From positions 26 to 64,025 of the forward strand of contig JAKANS010000008.1 in assembly GCA_021823625.1 (NCBI GenBank): 64,000 nucleotides of DNA, given 5' to 3'. The translations under genes and the position numbers were made by a program. The notes below the pieces were generated by a model. The model saw only the letters and a program-made list of their open reading frames with translations. It was not told the origin of the DNA and did not search any database. This stretch comes from a bacterium. Its GTDB lineage: Bacteria > Verrucomicrobiota > Verrucomicrobiia > Limisphaerales > J093. Below, one piece after another: positions 40,810 to 49,177 of the stretch (the first letter of the stretch is position 1; each line of letters begins with the position of its first letter).

Positions 40810-41916
40810 ATGTACTCTTCGTTAACAATTCGGCGGTTTCGATGCTTTCGCGAGTTGAAACTCGAAGGATTGCGCCGCGTCAACTTGGTTACAGGCCTGA
40901 ACAACGTCGGTAAGACCACGTTGCTGGAAGCCTTGTTCCTTCTTGTTGGCGGCTTCAACCCTTCCCTCCCGTGGCGTGTGAATACCCTCCGCGGCATGGA
41001 AACGCTGGTGGGCAATCCCGAAGATCAATGGGGTTGGCTCTTCCATAACCACGAAATCAACCAAGATATTGAGATCGTCGCCGCGGACACAGACGGAGGG
41101 ACGGATACGCTGCGAGTCCACTTAGGCAGTGCGCAAGAGTTCGAGCGCATCACGAAAGGCCAGCGCGAACTGCCAGTTGAGATTTCTCGGACGCTGCCGA
41201 TCTTGCAAGCGGGTGCTGAGATTCCGTCCACGCGTCTTCCAGTTGAGCTCTCAGATCTGATCCTCGACTTCCACGAACACCGTGGAAAGACAGTCGTGTC
41301 ACGCGCGTCGCTCGCGAGCGATGGACGTATTCGTCTTGATCAAACCAAACAGAATGGATTTCGTCCCGGGGCGTTCCTCGCGACACGCATTCGGACCGCG
41401 GCTGAGGATTCTGACCGCCTGAGCCGGCTTAAGCGCCAGAAGCGTGATAAACAAGTAGTCGATGTCCTGAGGGCGACCGAGCCGAACCTAAACGATCTCA
41501 CCATCTTGGCAGTTGGCGGAGAATTCGTCATCCATGCTGAGGTCAATGGCGTTGGCTTGATCCCAGTACCAATGCTTGGCGAGGGGGTTGGACGGCTGTT
41601 GTCGCTAACATTGACTGTCTTGACGACGCCAGGCGGTATAGTTCTGGTCGATGAAATTGAAAATGGCGTTCACCATAGCGCGCTTCGAAGAGTCTGGAGG
41701 GGACTTGCCACTGCTGCCTTGGATGGGGGCACCCAACTCGTAGCGACCACCCACAGCGCGGAGTGCATTCGCGCCGCGGACGAGGCGGCGCGCAAAGGCG
41801 ACAGCTACGACCTCGCCCTTATCCGACTGGATCGCGTCGAGGGTGAAATCAAGGCCACCGTAATGGGCGAGGAGACCATGCGCACCGCCAAGGAGTTCGG
41901 TTGGGAGCTACGATGA
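40810..41916 (+). CDS. ABC-type ATPase (AAA_15/AAA_21 family)
   Basis: IRRFRCF, Walker A GLNNVGKT, signature LGEG, Walker B VLVDEIENGVH, TTHS. Confidence 0.88.
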   Translation: MYSSLTIRRFRCFRELKLEGLRRVNLVTGLNNVGKTTLLEALFLLVGGFNPSLPWRVNTLRGMETLVGNPEDQWGWLFHNHEINQDIEIVAADTDGGTDTLRVHLGSAQEFERITKGQRELPVEISRTLPILQAGAEIPSTRLPVELSDLILDFHEHRGKTVVSRASLASDGRIRLDQTKQNGFRPGAFLATRIRTAAEDSDRLSRLKRQKRDKQVVDVLRATEPNLNDLTILAVGGEFVIHAEVNGVGLIPVPMLGEGVGRLLSLTLTVLTTPGGIVLVDEIENGVHHSALRRVWRGLATAALDGGTQLVATTHSAECIRAADEAARKGDSYDLALIRLDRVEGEIKATVMGEETMRTAKEFGWELR

Positions 41917-42494
41917 AACTGGTCCTGTGCGAGGGGGAGGATGACCAAGCTGTAATCGAAGGCTTGATCAAGAGCGGAAGCGTGTCGGGCATCACCGTTG
42001 AACAGTACAAGGGCACGCCAAAGTTCCGTGAATTTCTTCTGGCACTTCCCCAACGAGGGGAGTTTACACGACGCGAGGTAACCAGTTTGGGCATCCAGAT
42101 GGACGCTGACACCGACCGCGCCGCTGCCTGGCAGCGGGTTAAGGACTGCGTGAAGGAAGCATTTGGTGTGGAATTGTTACGGGAGGGCAAGTTTGCCGGT
42201 AGCCGCCTGCGCATCGCTGGCTTCATCACCGGCGTAGGCGACCGCGGTTGCCTTGAAGACGTCTGCCTTGAAGCGGTCCGCGACTTTCCGGGATTCGTTT
42301 GTCTCGACCAGTACTTCCAGTGCCTCTGCCGCGAAACGGGCAAAACGAGTTTTCATGGAAAAGCCCGTTTCCGCGCCTGGATGGCATCACAAAGCGATTT
42401 CGACCTGCGGGTCGGCAAGGCGGCCAAAGAAGGTCATCTGCCGTGGAACAGCCCGGCGTTTGACGGATTGCGCAACTTCCTTCGTACCCTTTGA
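41913..42494 (+). CDS. DUF3226-like protein with TOPRIM-type motifs
   Basis: LVLCEGEDD, IQMDAD, GCLED; ATGA overlap with the ATPase stop. Confidence 0.75.
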   Translation: MKLVLCEGEDDQAVIEGLIKSGSVSGITVEQYKGTPKFREFLLALPQRGEFTRREVTSLGIQMDADTDRAAAWQRVKDCVKEAFGVELLREGKFAGSRLRIAGFITGVGDRGCLEDVCLEAVRDFPGFVCLDQYFQCLCRETGKTSFHGKARFRAWMASQSDFDLRVGKAAKEGHLPWNSPAFDGLRNFLRTL

Positions 42495-42538
42495 TTTCGA
42501 CGAGCGCCTGGCGGTTTGCCGGCATCCGCGCCAAATGA

Positions 42539-44572
42539 TCATGCCGCCGCGTGCGGCGAGGATTCACGATCCAACAAGGTGGTGGCCAACTGGCGCGCCT
42601 CTTCGATGAGTGCGAAATCTCGCGCCAAATCGCCAAACCGGAATTGCGGCAAACCGCTCTGCGCCTGGCCCAGCAATTCGCCCGGCCCGCGCAAGGCCAG
42701 GTCCGCCTCTGCAATGCGAAAACCATCGTTGGTTTCTTCGAGCACCTTGAGCCGTTGCCGGGCCTCGGCGGTCTTCGCCGCAGCGACGAGAATGCAGTAC
42801 GCCGGATGCGGACTGCGCGCGACGCGACCGCGGAGCTGGTGCAGTTGGGCAAGGCCAAAACTTTCCGCGCTTTCGATCACCATCACGTTCGCGTTCGGCA
42901 CATCCACCCCCACCTCCACCACGGAGGTCGCCACCAACGCCGGCAACCGGTTCGCACGAAAATCGGCCATCGTCCGCTCCTTTTCCTCGGCGGGCATCCG
43001 GCCATGCAGGAGTCCGACCCGATGCGGCGCCAGCGCGTTTTTCAGGCGCTCGAACTCGGCCAGCACGGCTTTCGTGCCGGCGGCCAGATCGGCGTCTTCG
43101 ACGCGCGGATAAACGACGAACGCCTGCCGCCCCTGGCGGAGCTGGTCGCGCACGAACTCCCAAACCTTGGGCAGCCGATCCGCCCCGCGAACGAACGTCC
43201 GCAAGCTGCCGCGCCCCGCCGGCAAGGCGTCGATGACCGACACGTCGAGGTCGCCGTAAAGCGTCAGGCCCAGCGTGCGCGGGATGGGCGTCGCGGTCAT
43301 GACCAGCAGGTGCGGGTAGCGACCTTTGCGAACGAGTTGCTCGCGCTGCGCCACGCCGAACTTGTGCTGCTCGTCGATGATCACCAGGCCCAGTTTGTCC
43401 GGCGCAAACGTCGGTTCGAGCAAGGCGTGCGTGCCCACCCAGAGCGTGACCGGCCGCGAGGCGCGCGGCGCTGAAGCGGGCGCGAACAAGGTCGCACCGT
43501 TAGCGCCGTCCGTCTTGCGGCTGCCGGTGTGCAGCTCGACCGCCACGCCCAGCGGCTCGAACCAGGCGCGGAACCGCGCGAACTGCTGGCCGGCGAGCAC
43601 CTCGGTGGGCGCCATGAATGCGACGTCGAAACCGCTCTCCAGCGCCATCAACGCGGCGCAGGCGGCGACCACCGTCTTGCCCGAACCGACGTCGCCTTGC
43701 AGCAGCCGCCGCATCGGGTGCGGGCCGGCGAGGTCGGCGCGGGTTTCGCGGAGCACGCGCGTCTGCGCCTCGGTGAGCTTGAAGGCGAGGCGGGCGAGGA
43801 ACGGCCGGATCAGGCGGTTGTCGCCGCCGCACGGCAGCGACTTCGCCTTGGTTTGGAGCGTGCGGCGCCGGCGCTGAATGGCCAGTTGCAGTCCGATGAA
43901 TTCGTCCAGCGCGAGCCGCTGGCGGGCGGCCTCCGCATCGCCGTCGTTTTCCGGAAAATGCAGGAGCCGCAACGCGCGGGCGCGCGGCAGTCGCCCGGTG
44001 GAATCGAGCGTCGGCCAAGGTTCGACAATCTGCGGTTCCGCCGCCGCCAACGCCCGCCAGATCAACCCGCGCAGCCAGCGCTGAGTCAGGCCTTCGGTGA
44101 GCGGATAGACCGGCACGATCCGGCCGATGTGGATCGAACGCTCTTCGCCGCCCTCGACGACTTCGGTGTCCGGATGGTCGATGGTGCGCGGCTTGAGCGA
44201 GCGCACCTTGCCGAAGACCACCAGCTCGTCGCCGACCTGGAACTGCGCTTCCATGAACGGCAGGTTCCACCACCGGCAATGCAGCCGGCCGGTGCCGTCT
44301 TCGAGGATGAGTTCGAAGAGCGAGCGGCTGCGCTGTTTCCAACGTTTGGTGCCGGCGGCGACGACGCGTCCGCCGGTCAACACCGGTTCGCCCGCGGCGA
44401 GCTGGGCGATCGGGCGGAAGTGTCGGCGATCCTCGTAACGGCGGGGGCGGTGGCACAACAGGTCTTCGACCGTGCGAACTTCCAGCCTGGCGAGCAGCGC
44501 CGCGCGTTCGGACCCGACGCCCCAAAGGACGGTGACGGGTTGCGCGAGAATGGAAGCCGGCGGCGCGGGCAC
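42539..44572 (-). CDS. recG: ATP-dependent DNA helicase RecG
   Basis: RLLQGDVGSGKT, DEQHKFG, MTATPIPRT, QLHQLRGRV, DLALRGPGE. Start taken at GTG 44572. Confidence 0.96.
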   Translation of the reverse strand: MPAPPASILAQPVTVLWGVGSERAALLARLEVRTVEDLLCHRPRRYEDRRHFRPIAQLAAGEPVLTGGRVVAAGTKRWKQRSRSLFELILEDGTGRLHCRWWNLPFMEAQFQVGDELVVFGKVRSLKPRTIDHPDTEVVEGGEERSIHIGRIVPVYPLTEGLTQRWLRGLIWRALAAAEPQIVEPWPTLDSTGRLPRARALRLLHFPENDGDAEAARQRLALDEFIGLQLAIQRRRRTLQTKAKSLPCGGDNRLIRPFLARLAFKLTEAQTRVLRETRADLAGPHPMRRLLQGDVGSGKTVVAACAALMALESGFDVAFMAPTEVLAGQQFARFRAWFEPLGVAVELHTGSRKTDGANGATLFAPASAPRASRPVTLWVGTHALLEPTFAPDKLGLVIIDEQHKFGVAQREQLVRKGRYPHLLVMTATPIPRTLGLTLYGDLDVSVIDALPAGRGSLRTFVRGADRLPKVWEFVRDQLRQGRQAFVVYPRVEDADLAAGTKAVLAEFERLKNALAPHRVGLLHGRMPAEEKERTMADFRANRLPALVATSVVEVGVDVPNANVMVIESAESFGLAQLHQLRGRVARSPHPAYCILVAAAKTAEARQRLKVLEETNDGFRIAEADLALRGPGELLGQAQSGLPQFRFGDLARDFALIEEARQLATTLLDRESSPHAAA

Positions 44573-44662
44573 GCAGGGTTTATAGCGCGCGGCCGGTAAC
44601 GCGCCAAGCGGCCACGCCGAACAGGTGTGGTGTTCTGCACGGCGACGCACTGGCTCGCGGCT

Positions 44663-45655
44663 TCATTTGCGCGGGGATCGCGGCGGGCCCCTCTGGGCCT
44701 GCGCGGCGAAAGTAGGTTCAATCTCCAGTCGGAAGAACTGGTGGGGCTCGTTCGGGTGGTTCACCTCGATGTAAGTCCCGGAGACAAGATCGTACCAAGC
44801 CACCCGCCAACTCTGCAGGTCGGTTGAGCTTCTCACTCGATAATAATGGCGGAAGGGCACCGTGTAGTCGAAAGCAAAGAGACCGCCGGGCAAGACCCGT
44901 GGCGAGGCCAAGACAGGGTTCCTGCCTGCTACGGCCACAATCAGCACCGGCGGCGACTCAACTGTTTCATCCGATGCCCCGGAGAGGCGGCAGACCACGA
45001 CGTTCGTACCCGCCGGCGCATTGGTCCATTGCAGCCCGTAAGGTGGCGTGGCGACCGAGCCGATGGAGACGCCATTGGCGAAAAACTCCACTGCTGGCGC
45101 TGGCCCCGGCGGATCATAGACCGAGGCCAGCAACGACACGGTCTCACCGGCACTGAAGTGCGCACCGTCCCGTGGGGCATTGATCAGCACCGCTGGCCGG
45201 CCGGCCTCGCGCGGCAAGACCGTGACGGTTCCAGCCGAGATCCACCACACGGTGTCGGTGGCATCGTAGTACCAACGCTGGACATAGACCGAGGTGCCTG
45301 GGGTGTTGAACTGCCGGGAGTAGGCCGGGCTTAATTTCGCTGGGGCAGACACCGGCGACTGCCAGTCGCCGTCCCAACTCGCGACGTCCTGCGTCTTACC
45401 ATCCCCCCCCCACCACCAAGTGACGGTGTCCCCGGCATACACCAGAACCTCGGTGGGTTTGCTGGCGTAACCAACGGTGTTGACCGCAATATCGGCAGCC
45501 AATGTGGTTCCGGTCAAGGCCAGCGCCGCCAAGACCCAGGCCCCAAACAAACCCCGGCGCCGGGTGTCTTTCCAAACGATACGGTGCGCGGACCAGCGAC
45601 TCTTGTGGAGAGCCGTTGGTGCCGCCGACCACAACTTGACGATACGCAACTTCAT
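44663..45655 (-). CDS. Secreted protein, paralog A (cupredoxin-like + bacterial Ig + C-terminal STDL domain)
   Basis: Signal ending TLA|ADIAV, GDTVTW, PAVLINAPRDGAHF...VEFFANG...PPYGLQWTN, SSTDLQSW...FFR. Confidence 0.8.
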   Translation of the reverse strand: MKLRIVKLWSAAPTALHKSRWSAHRIVWKDTRRRGLFGAWVLAALALTGTTLAADIAVNTVGYASKPTEVLVYAGDTVTWWWGGDGKTQDVASWDGDWQSPVSAPAKLSPAYSRQFNTPGTSVYVQRWYYDATDTVWWISAGTVTVLPREAGRPAVLINAPRDGAHFSAGETVSLLASVYDPPGPAPAVEFFANGVSIGSVATPPYGLQWTNAPAGTNVVVCRLSGASDETVESPPVLIVAVAGRNPVLASPRVLPGGLFAFDYTVPFRHYYRVRSSTDLQSWRVAWYDLVSGTYIEVNHPNEPHQFFRLEIEPTFAAQAQRGPPRSPRK

Positions 45656-45656
45656 T

Positions 45657-46205
45657 TCAGAGTGTTCGCCCGCGGCAGCATTTCCTGCGGCAGAGCAGCG
45701 CGCCGCCAAGCAGGAGCAAAGCGGCGGCCGACGGCTCCGGCACTTGCACTTGCAGCACTGTGCTGGTCAGGCCGACCAACGGGGCCGCGACGCTTGGAGG
45801 GTCACCCGCCCCGCCTGTGGTGACAATGATTGTATCTGAGATGCCATAGCGGAGTCCACGATTCATGGCGTCGTCAAACCCGGTCGCCTGTGCATCCCAG
45901 GCGAATACCTGGACCCAGGCGTACTCGCCCGGGGCTACCGTTGGGATGGCCACCACACCCCCGTCGTAATAACCCGCTTGGCCGATGGGAATGGCGACCC
46001 CGACTGGATCCAGACTGGTCGAAGCCGGGCCAGCATGAAGCTGCACATTGATCGATCCCGGTGCCGGCGGGCTCACCCCGTCCGGTTCGAAGAAGGGGGC
46101 GTTTATCCCGACAGGGATCACATAGTTTTTAAACAAAACAGTCCCCTGAGCAAGGGCTGGCAGCACGCTCAGCCAGAGACAAACGATGAAATTGGCGATT
46201 TTCAT
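45657..46205 (-). CDS. PEP-CTERM sorting-domain protein
   Basis: Signal ending ALA|QG; C-terminal VPEPS, hydrophobic helix and RRK. Confidence 0.9.
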   Translation of the reverse strand: MKIANFIVCLWLSVLPALAQGTVLFKNYVIPVGINAPFFEPDGVSPPAPGSINVQLHAGPASTSLDPVGVAIPIGQAGYYDGGVVAIPTVAPGEYAWVQVFAWDAQATGFDDAMNRGLRYGISDTIIVTTGGAGDPPSVAAPLVGLTSTVLQVQVPEPSAAALLLLGGALLCRRKCCRGRTL

Positions 46206-46287
46206 ACGCAGCGGGACGACAGGCCTCAGTAGGGAGCTTTGCAGGTGACAATGTCCAGCCGGCTGGTCCCATCGGGGTTGTCGCCGT

Positions 46288-47193
46288 TCAGCGGTTGAGG
46301 GATTTCAAGGCGGTGGTGCGTTCGCGCAGCCAGAGCACGTCGGGATTGTCCGGGCCGGCCGTCCACGCAATCTCCACGAAGCAGCCTTTACGTAAAGGCG
46401 GTTCCGTCCGCGGATCGCGCCATTTGCGCCGCTCCACGTGGCCGTCGGCAAAGGCGAGGTTGCCGGCACCGTTGTGGTAGCCGTCAGGCACATTGCCCAT
46501 GCAAGCTGTTCCGTTGTACATATCGGGCACGAAGGTGGCGTCGGTGATGCTGTCCTCGCGTTCGCCGATGAAGACAAACGTCCGTTCCGGCGGCGGCACC
46601 TTCAGGTCGGCGAGGTTGTACACGTCGCGGAACGGGTTGCTGGTATCCAGGCTCGCGGTGAGGAAGTAGTTCATCGTATAGCTCCGGACCCGCGGATAGG
46701 TGCCATCGGCCTGGCGGGAGTCGCTTTTGTCTCCCGGACAGCGCCACACACCCACCGACTGGGCCAGCTCCGGCGCCAGCAGACTCGAAGTGAGGAAGAA
46801 CGTGTTGGTGTTGTCCGGCCAACGGCTCTCCGCGATGTTCATCATGCCGCGCACCCAAGTGTTGGTGCTCTGGCGGTACCACTCCGACGAACCTTCGTTC
46901 GGGGGGAGGCGGCCCTGGTTGTCGTCGGCGTATTGGAGCCAGGCGAAGCCGAACTGCTTGAGGTTGCTCAGGCAAACCACGCCCTCCGCCTGCTGCTTCG
47001 CGCGGATGAGGGTCGGCAACAACAAACCCGCCAGAATCGCGATGACGGCGATGACGACCAGCAATTCGATCAACGTAAATCCGCGCGCCCGGCTGGGGCG
47101 TCGGCCTCGCGAACCGACGCGCTGCACCGGGCAACGGCAGACACCGGGAACCGGTCGTGCCGCCGGCCAGGTTATGAGCCTTCGCGGCTTCAT
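46288..47193 (-). CDS. Prepilin-type N-terminal cleavage/methylation protein with an H-X9-DG motif
   Basis: GFTLIELLVVIAVIAILAGLLLP, CLSNLKQ, WRCPGD, HNGAGNLAFADGHVE. Confidence 0.92.
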   Translation of the reverse strand: MKPRRLITWPAARPVPGVCRCPVQRVGSRGRRPSRARGFTLIELLVVIAVIAILAGLLLPTLIRAKQQAEGVVCLSNLKQFGFAWLQYADDNQGRLPPNEGSSEWYRQSTNTWVRGMMNIAESRWPDNTNTFFLTSSLLAPELAQSVGVWRCPGDKSDSRQADGTYPRVRSYTMNYFLTASLDTSNPFRDVYNLADLKVPPPERTFVFIGEREDSITDATFVPDMYNGTACMGNVPDGYHNGAGNLAFADGHVERRKWRDPRTEPPLRKGCFVEIAWTAGPDNPDVLWLRERTTALKSLNR

Positions 47194-48173
47194 TTGTGCG
47201 GGGATCGCGGCGGGTCGGTTTGGGCCTGCGCAGCGAATACAGGATGCTGCATCATGCGAAAGAAAAGGCGAGGTTGGTTCGCATGTGCCACGTCAATATA
47301 GGTCCCCGAGAAAGGAGCGAATCGAACCACCTCCCATGCTTGCAGGTCGGTGGAACTTTGGATCTCGTACTTAGGCCAAGCGGGCACCGTGAAGTCGAAA
47401 GCGAACAAACCGCCAGGCAAGATGCGCGGCGAGGCCAGGAAAGCGGCGTTCCCCGCCAGGGCGAGAATTCGCACCGGTGGCGACTCGGCCGTTTCGCCGG
47501 CTACGCCGGACAGGCGGCAAACCACGAGGTTCGTGCCCACCGGCGCATTGGTCCATTGCAGCCCGTAAGGTGGCGTGGCGACCGAGCCGATCGAAACGCC
47601 GTTGACGAAGAACTCCACCGCCAGCGTTTCCCCCGGCGGATCATAGACCGAGGCCAGCAGTGGCACGGTTTCGCCGGCGCTGAAGTGCGCACCGTCCCGC
47701 GGAGCGTTGATCAGCACTGCCGGTCGGCCGGCTTCGCGCGGTAAGACCGTGATGGTTCCAGCCGAGATCCACCACACGGTGTTGGTGGCATCGTCGTACC
47801 AACGCTGGACATAGACCGAGGTGCCCACCGTGTCGAATTGCCGGGAGTAGGCCGGACTCCACTCCGCTGGGGCAAACGTGGGCGACTGCCAGTCGCCGTT
47901 CCAACTCGCCAAGTCGCGCACCTGGCCTACCGACCACCAAGCGATTGAATCGCCGACATACACTGTCACTTCGGTTGGGTTGCAGGTGGCACCGAGATTG
48001 ACCGCGATATCGGCGGCCAATGTGGTTCTGGCCAGGGCCAGCGCCGCCAAGACCCACGTTAAAAACAAGCCCCAGCGCGATGTGTCTGGCCAGACGACGG
48101 GATGCTTTGACCTGCGGTTGATGCGGAGTGCCGCTGGTGCCGCGAGCCACGGGTTGACCCTTCGCGGCTTCAT
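47190..48173 (-). CDS. Secreted protein, paralog B
   Basis: Same architecture as 44663-45655, with long near-identical blocks. Confidence 0.8.
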   Translation of the reverse strand: MKPRRVNPWLAAPAALRINRRSKHPVVWPDTSRWGLFLTWVLAALALARTTLAADIAVNLGATCNPTEVTVYVGDSIAWWSVGQVRDLASWNGDWQSPTFAPAEWSPAYSRQFDTVGTSVYVQRWYDDATNTVWWISAGTITVLPREAGRPAVLINAPRDGAHFSAGETVPLLASVYDPPGETLAVEFFVNGVSIGSVATPPYGLQWTNAPVGTNLVVCRLSGVAGETAESPPVRILALAGNAAFLASPRILPGGLFAFDFTVPAWPKYEIQSSTDLQAWEVVRFAPFSGTYIDVAHANQPRLFFRMMQHPVFAAQAQTDPPRSPHK

Positions 48174-49165
48174 TTGTGCGGGGATCGCGGCGGACCCCTC
48201 TGGGCCTGCGCGGCGAAAGTAGGTTCGATCTCCAGTCGGTAGAACAGGTGGGGCTCGTTCGGGTGGTTCACCTCAATATACGTCCCGGAGTCAAGATAGT
48301 ACCAAGTCACCTGCCAGTTCTGCAGATCGGTTGAGCTTCTGACTCGATAAAAACGACGGACTTGTTCGGTGTAATCGAAGGCAAAGAGACCACCCGGCAG
48401 GATGCGCGGCGAGGCCAGGACAGGGTTCCTGCCTGCTACGGCCACAATCAGCACCGGCGGCGACTCAACTGTTTCATCCGATGCCCCGGAGAGGCGGCAG
48501 ACCACGACGTTCGTACCCGCCGGCGCGTTGGTCCATTGCAGCCCGTAAGGCGGCGCGGCGACCGAGCCGATGGAGACGCCATTGGCGAAAAACTCCACTG
48601 CTGGCGCTGGCCCCGGCGGATCATAGACCGAGGCCAGCAGTGGCACGGTTTCGCCGGCGCTGAAGTGCGCACCGTCCCGCGGAGCGTTGATCAGCGCCGC
48701 CGGCCGGCCGGCCTCGCGCGGCAAGACTGTGACGGTTCCCCCCGCCTGGGAGAGCAAGTTGGTGTCGATGTCATACCGGCGCTCCACATAGACCGTGGTG
48801 CCGGCCGTATCGAATTGTCGGGAGTAGGCCGGTCCCCACTCTGTTGGGGCCGACACCGGCGACTGCCACTCACCGTCCCAACTCGCCACGTCTTGCAGCG
48901 GACCATCCCCCCACCACCAAGTGACCGTGTCCCCGGCATACACCAGAACCTCGGTGGGTTTGCAGGCGTGGCCAATGGTGCTGACCGCGATGTCAGCGGC
49001 CCACGTGGCTCTGGCCGAGGAGAATAACGCCAACAAGCACGTCAGAAATACGCCCCGGCATCGTTTGCCTTGCCAACCAACCCCCGCAGCGGAATTGGTT
49101 CCATGCGGAAGTACGAGGGCAGAAAAACCGCTCTTCCCGGCACGGAACCAGCGTTCGATAGTCAT
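48170..49165 (-). CDS. Secreted protein, paralog C
   Basis: Same architecture; C-terminal half nearly identical to paralog A. Confidence 0.8.
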   Translation of the reverse strand: MTIERWFRAGKSGFSALVLPHGTNSAAGVGWQGKRCRGVFLTCLLALFSSARATWAADIAVSTIGHACKPTEVLVYAGDTVTWWWGDGPLQDVASWDGEWQSPVSAPTEWGPAYSRQFDTAGTTVYVERRYDIDTNLLSQAGGTVTVLPREAGRPAALINAPRDGAHFSAGETVPLLASVYDPPGPAPAVEFFANGVSIGSVAAPPYGLQWTNAPAGTNVVVCRLSGASDETVESPPVLIVAVAGRNPVLASPRILPGGLFAFDYTEQVRRFYRVRSSTDLQNWQVTWYYLDSGTYIEVNHPNEPHLFYRLEIEPTFAAQAQRGPPRSPHK

Positions 49166-49177
49166 GCACTTTCGAAG

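Noticed and set aside
44663..49165. Diversity-generating retroelement as the cause of paralog variation
   Set aside because: No reverse transcriptase in the window, and differences include indels and all base types rather than adenine-specific changes.
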